64,000 nt of DNA, from the NCBI GenBank assembly GCA_965242525.1, contig OZ251459.1:3808001-3872000 (forward strand), in the 5' to 3' direction. This document shows, piece after piece, positions 60,387 through 64,000 of this stretch (the first letter of the stretch is position 1; the number at the start of each line of letters is the position of its first letter). The notes beneath the pieces are model-generated. The model ran no database searches. It saw only the letters and a program-made list of their open reading frames with translations, and was not told the DNA's origin. Origin of the DNA: an uncultured Candidatus Binatia bacterium. Lineage in GTDB: Bacteria > Desulfobacterota > Binatia > UBA9968 > JAJDTQ01. The translations under genes were made by a program, and so were the position numbers.

Positions 60387-61915
60387 TCGTCGTCCTCGAC
60401 TTCGGGTCCCAGTACACCCAGCTCATCGCCCGCCGCGTCCGGGAAGCGCGCGTGTACTGCGAGATCCGCTCCTTCGACACCCCGGTCGAAGAGTTGCGCC
60501 GCCTGGGTCCCGCGGGGGTCATCCTGTCCGGAGGACCGGCCAGCGTCTATGACAACGGGGCGCCCCGGGTCAGCCCGGAACTGTTCCGGTTGCCGGCCCC
60601 GTTCCTGGGCATCTGCTACGGCATGGGCATCATCAACCAGGCCATGGGCGGCGGCGTGGCGGAAGCGGCGCGCCGGGAGTACGGCCTGGCCGACCTGCGG
60701 GTGGACGACGCCGGGGACCTGTTGGCCGGCTTCGAGCCGGACCGCGGCCACGCCGTGTGGATGAGCCACGGCGACCGGATGACGTCGCTGCCGGAGGGCT
60801 GGTCGGTGATCGCGCATACCGGGAACTCGCCCATCGCCGGGTTCGCCGACCGCGGGCGCCGCCTCTTCGGCCTCCAGTTCCATCCCGAAGTGGTCCATAC
60901 CGAGGGCGGCCGCGCCATACTGGAGAACTTCCTGTTCCGTATCTGCGGCTGCGCGGCCGACTGGGACATGGAGCACTTCGCCACCGCCGCGGTGGAGAAG
61001 GTGCGCCGACAGGTGGGCGGCGCCCGGGTGCTGTGCGGCTTGAGCGGCGGCGTCGATTCGTCGGTGGCCGCCACCCTGGTGCACCGCGCCATCGGCGACC
61101 GGCTCGTGTGCGTGTTCGTCAACAACGGGCTCCTGCGACAGGACGAGCCGGAGACCGTCTCGCAGGTCATGGGGGAACGCTTCGGCGCGAGTTTCCGCTA
61201 CGTGGACGCCTCCCGGCGCTTCCTGGAGGTCCTCCGGGGGGTGGAGGACCCCGAAGAGAAGCGCAAGCGCATCGGCGGACTCTTCATCCGCGTGTTCGAG
61301 GAGGAGACCCGCAAGCTCGGCGACTTCCCGTTCCTGTGCCAGGGGACCCTCTATCCCGACGTCATCGAGTCGGTTCCCCGCGCCGGCCCGGCCGCGCTCA
61401 TCAAGAGCCACCACAACGTGGGCGGGTTGCCGGAGAACATGGAGTTCGAGCTGGTGGAGCCGCTACGGGAGCTCTTCAAGGACGAGGTCCGCGCCCTGGG
61501 CCGGGAACTCGGACTGCCGGACCGCTGGATCCAGCGGCAACCGTTCCCGGGTCCGGGCTTGGCCATCCGCATACTCGGCGACGTGACCGAAGAGCGGCTC
61601 CGGATACTGCGGGCCGCGGACGCCGTGGTGGTGGAGGAGGTCCGCAACGCCGGCCTGTACGAGCGCATCTGGCAGGCCTTCGCCGTCCTCCTGCCCATCC
61701 GCACCGTGGGGGTCATGGGCGACGAGCGGACCTACGAGAACGTGGCCGCGGTGCGGGCCGTCGACAGCCGGGACGGCATGACCGCGGACTGGGTCCCGCT
61801 GCCCCCGGACCTCCTGGCCCGCATCTCGAGCCGCATCATCAACGAAGTGCGCGGCATCAACCGGGTGGTGTACGACGTGTCGTCCAAGCCCCCCGCCACC
61901 ATCGAATGGGAGTAG
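60383..61915 (+). CDS. guaA: GMP synthase (glutamine-hydrolysing)
   Basis: [42 protein letters not shown]. Confidence 0.96.
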   Translation: MIVVLDFGSQYTQLIARRVREARVYCEIRSFDTPVEELRRLGPAGVILSGGPASVYDNGAPRVSPELFRLPAPFLGICYGMGIINQAMGGGVAEAARREYGLADLRVDDAGDLLAGFEPDRGHAVWMSHGDRMTSLPEGWSVIAHTGNSPIAGFADRGRRLFGLQFHPEVVHTEGGRAILENFLFRICGCAADWDMEHFATAAVEKVRRQVGGARVLCGLSGGVDSSVAATLVHRAIGDRLVCVFVNNGLLRQDEPETVSQVMGERFGASFRYVDASRRFLEVLRGVEDPEEKRKRIGGLFIRVFEEETRKLGDFPFLCQGTLYPDVIESVPRAGPAALIKSHHNVGGLPENMEFELVEPLRELFKDEVRALGRELGLPDRWIQRQPFPGPGLAIRILGDVTEERLRILRAADAVVVEEVRNAGLYERIWQAFAVLLPIRTVGVMGDERTYENVAAVRAVDSRDGMTADWVPLPPDLLARISSRIINEVRGINRVVYDVSSKPPATIEWE

Positions 61916-61992
61916 TTTCGAGAAATGGAGACGGGCTGCTGCGCCACTCGCCGAAGGGACATGAGAAATACCCGTTGGTGCAGATATACGGG

Positions 61993-62064
61993 TACAGGGC
62001 TGGACACTGAGGGGCCATGATGTGAAGATACGTGGATACAGGGCCGGACACTGAGAGGCCATGA
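61993..62064. repeat. Two 28-bp direct repeats, period 44
   Basis: TACAGGGCYGGACACTGAGRGGCCATGA at 61993 and 62037. Confidence 0.7.
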
Positions 62065-62076
62065 CAAGGACGTTCC

Positions 62077-62121
62077 CCCGTTCGTCCTGAGCGTAGCGTA
62101 GCGAAGTCGAAGGGCGAACGG
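62077..62121. repeat. Free REP-like palindrome (family A core without TIRs)
   Basis: CCGTTCGTCCT-gagcgtagcgtagcgaagtcga-AGGGCGAACGG. Confidence 0.8.
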
Positions 62122-62129
62122 CAAACATC

Positions 62130-62357
62130 GTGAGTTTCCGGGTTTACATGTTGCGCTGCAGAGACAGGGCGTACTATATCGGCCACACGGATGACCTGGA
62201 CCACCGTCTTTAGCAACATCACATTGATGTTTCCGACGGATACACCACGTCCCGCAAGCCCCTGTCTCTGGTCTATTCTTGCTAGTTTCCCTCAAGGGGA
62301 GAGGCGCTAGAAGCCGAACGGCAGATCAAGGGTTGGACTCGAAAGAAGAAGGAAGCA
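62130..62357 (+). pseudogene. GIY-YIG nuclease (YhbQ/UPF0213-like) pseudogene
   Basis: VYMLRCRD.AYYIGHTDDL..RL*QH...YT..RKP..L..*F..R.EAL.AERQIKGWTRKKKEA; in-frame TAG at 62211 and 62283. Confidence 0.8.
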
Positions 62358-62427
62358 TCGTGGGATGGGCGGATTAGTGGACAGAGGTATGGCAAACCCC
62401 GGAAGCGAACCTATGGCAGGGAAACTG

Positions 62428-62691
62428 AGTGCCTTGGCCATCGCGTTGCTCAGCCTGAGAGGGATGCGGGAGGGAGTCCGGGTTATGACCGGTGGTTGCA
62501 GGCCAACACGGTGAGACACCGCACGCATTCGTTGTTTTGACAGGCCCTGTGCTGTATGAGCAGACCCCCAACTGGCCCGAACACCGCCTGCGCCCCCTCA
62601 TGGACAGGTTTGCTCAAATGCTGATGGAACAACGAGTCTATCCTAATGTCTTCGCCATCATCTAAACCCTCAAAATGAGGAGGTGTTTGAG
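62428..62691 (+). mobile_element. IS4-family transposase 3' remnant with probable right end
   Basis: Frameshifted ALAIALL..GYDRWLQANT..RTHSLF*Q..LYEQ.PNWPEHRLRPLM.RF, stop at 62665, then AAAATGAGGAGGTGTTTGAG. Confidence 0.6.
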
Positions 62692-62709
62692 GCCCATGGG
62701 AGGAGAATC

Positions 62710-64000
62710 ATGAGCGATGAACTCTCTGAGCAACTGCGCGGCAGGCGGCATACCGTATCGCTTGCACGCCTCTACTTGGACCCGAACAACTATCGGATCG
62801 TAGATAACCCAGAGTACCGTCCTGTCGCACCTGCAGATGTTTTCAACCTGGATGTGCAGCGACGCACGACCAGATTTGTTGCCGGGCGCACTCAGGAGAA
62901 CATTCGAGACCTGATTGCCAGCATCAAGGAGAATGGCTGGCTGGACATCGATTCGATCCTGGTCGAACGTCGGGACGGTGGCCGACATCTGGTCCTCGAG
63001 GGCAATCGGCGCGTGGCCACGCTCAAGTACCTGCAAGGCCGATACGAGATGGACTCCATCGATCTGGGCAAGCTAGATCCTGCGTTGTTCTCCAAGGTGC
63101 CAGTGGTCTTCCACGAGTTCGCCGACGAACGGCAGCGTATGGTGATGATGGGCCTCCATCACATCACCGGCAAACGGCGCTGGCCGGCCGTCAATCGCGC
63201 CATGGCATTGAAGCACCTGCAGGAGCATTTCGATGGTGATGCAGATGCCGTATGCAATGCGCTCGGCATCAGCAAGCGCGAGTTCAATCTGTCCGTCAGG
63301 ACCCTTGCTTTGGTGGAAGCATACAAGGAAAGTGATTTCGGTGACCAGTTTCAATCCGATCAGTACAACCTGTTCCGCGAGGTTCTCAACAGCCCCTCAA
63401 TGCGCGGTTGGCTTGGCTGGGACCATTCGACGTGCAGGGCTACTAGACAGGCCAATCTGGAACGTATCTTCCACTGGATATCGTCAGAAGTCGAAAAGGA
63501 AGGTGGAGACGGTGACGAGGATATTGACGTCTGGGCGGAGTCCAACCCCGTAATCACCACGATCGGCCACATTCGTGAGCTTGCAAAGATCATCGACGAT
63601 CCCGAAGCGGTCAAGAGGCTGGACGAGACACGCAGTTTGCAGGAGGCAACGCTGTCGAGCAGCCTTTTGGTCAAGAGCGAAGTCGGCCGGGCATTCGAAT
63701 CATGCGACATCGGCATTCAGAAGCTGAGCAGGCGAGTCGGGGAGTTGACGCCCGAGGATCTGGACCGCATCGATCAACTCATCGGTAAGCTGCAAGGGCT
63801 CGCTCTAGCGCACAAGCGGCGCCCGCTGATGTCCGCCGGCCGGTTGCCTTGGGAGCCATTCAACGAGTTGACGCAATCGCAGTTCTCCGACGTCCATGTC
63901 CACCGTTACCGGGGTATCGACGGCCTTGCCCTTGAAGGCTTGAAGCGCATCAATCTCGTGGCAGGTACAAACAATGCCGGCAAGAGTTCCCTTCTCGAGG
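62710..64000 (+). CDS. ParB/Srx-like N-terminal domain fused to an ABC/SMC-type ATPase (runs off window)
   Basis: Manual translation: LYLDPNNYR, LIASIKENGW, VLEGNRRVATLK, H..GKRRW; then YRGI..L...INLVAGTNNAGKSSLLE (Walker A) at the window end; GGAGGAG RBS. Confidence 0.8.
   Translation, partial: MSDELSEQLRGRRHTVSLARLYLDPNNYRIVDNPEYRPVAPADVFNLDVQRRTTRFVAGRTQENIRDLIASIKENGWLDIDSILVERRDGGRHLVLEGNRRVATLKYLQGRYEMDSIDLGKLDPALFSKVPVVFHEFADERQRMVMMGLHHITGKRRWPAVNRAMALKHLQEHFDGDADAVCNALGISKREFNLSVRTLALVEAYKESDFGDQFQSDQYNLFREVLNSPSMRGWLGWDHSTCRATRQANLERIFHWISSEVEKEGGDGDEDIDVWAESNPVITTIGHIRELAKIIDDPEAVKRLDETRSLQEATLSSSLLVKSEVGRAFESCDIGIQKLSRRVGELTPEDLDRIDQLIGKLQGLALAHKRRPLMSAGRLPWEPFNELTQSQFSDVHVHRYRGIDGLALEGLKRINLVAGTNNAGKSSLLE

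Noticed and set aside
61993-62064. Mini-CRISPR
   Set aside because: Only two imperfect repeats with a 16-nt gap
62211-62285. Amber recoding of the two TAG codons in the GIY-YIG gene
   Set aside because: TAG ends many normal genes here (guaA, etfB, tatC) and the gene is also 3'-truncated; simple decay is more likely

Overview
GC-rich bacterial chromosomal window. The gene content and a giant repetitive autotransporter suggest a deltaproteobacterial/Binatia-like, possibly host-associated organism (inference only). The backbone is housekeeping and metabolic: lsrF-like aldolase, rpoZ, bioB, acyl-CoA carboxylase, tatBC, fabF/fabH, pyrE/pyrR, a NitT/TauT ABC transporter, a PaaA-like di-iron protein with etfBA, comM and guaBA. 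Accessory content: (1) a translationally coupled two-gene insert at 14087-18453 encoding a SIR2-like/STAND-type NTPase/helical/OB-fold protein with degenerate SIR2 catalytic residues plus a partner carrying an RxxxxH (HEPN-like) motif, the best candidate for an undescribed defence system; (2) a self-contained promoter-SD-12-codon ORF-hairpins-terminator unit at 6694-6887; (3) two MITE families with 4-bp and 8-bp target duplications, nested in each other and in REP-like palindrome arrays; (4) a ~6,770-aa autotransporter adhesin with a 26-nt G/C homopolymer upstream; (5) the start of an island after guaA with a GIY-YIG pseudogene, an IS4-like remnant and a ParB-like/ATPase fusion that runs off the window. 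No rRNA, tRNA or CRISPR array was found. All calls come from motif recognition by eye, with no database searches.
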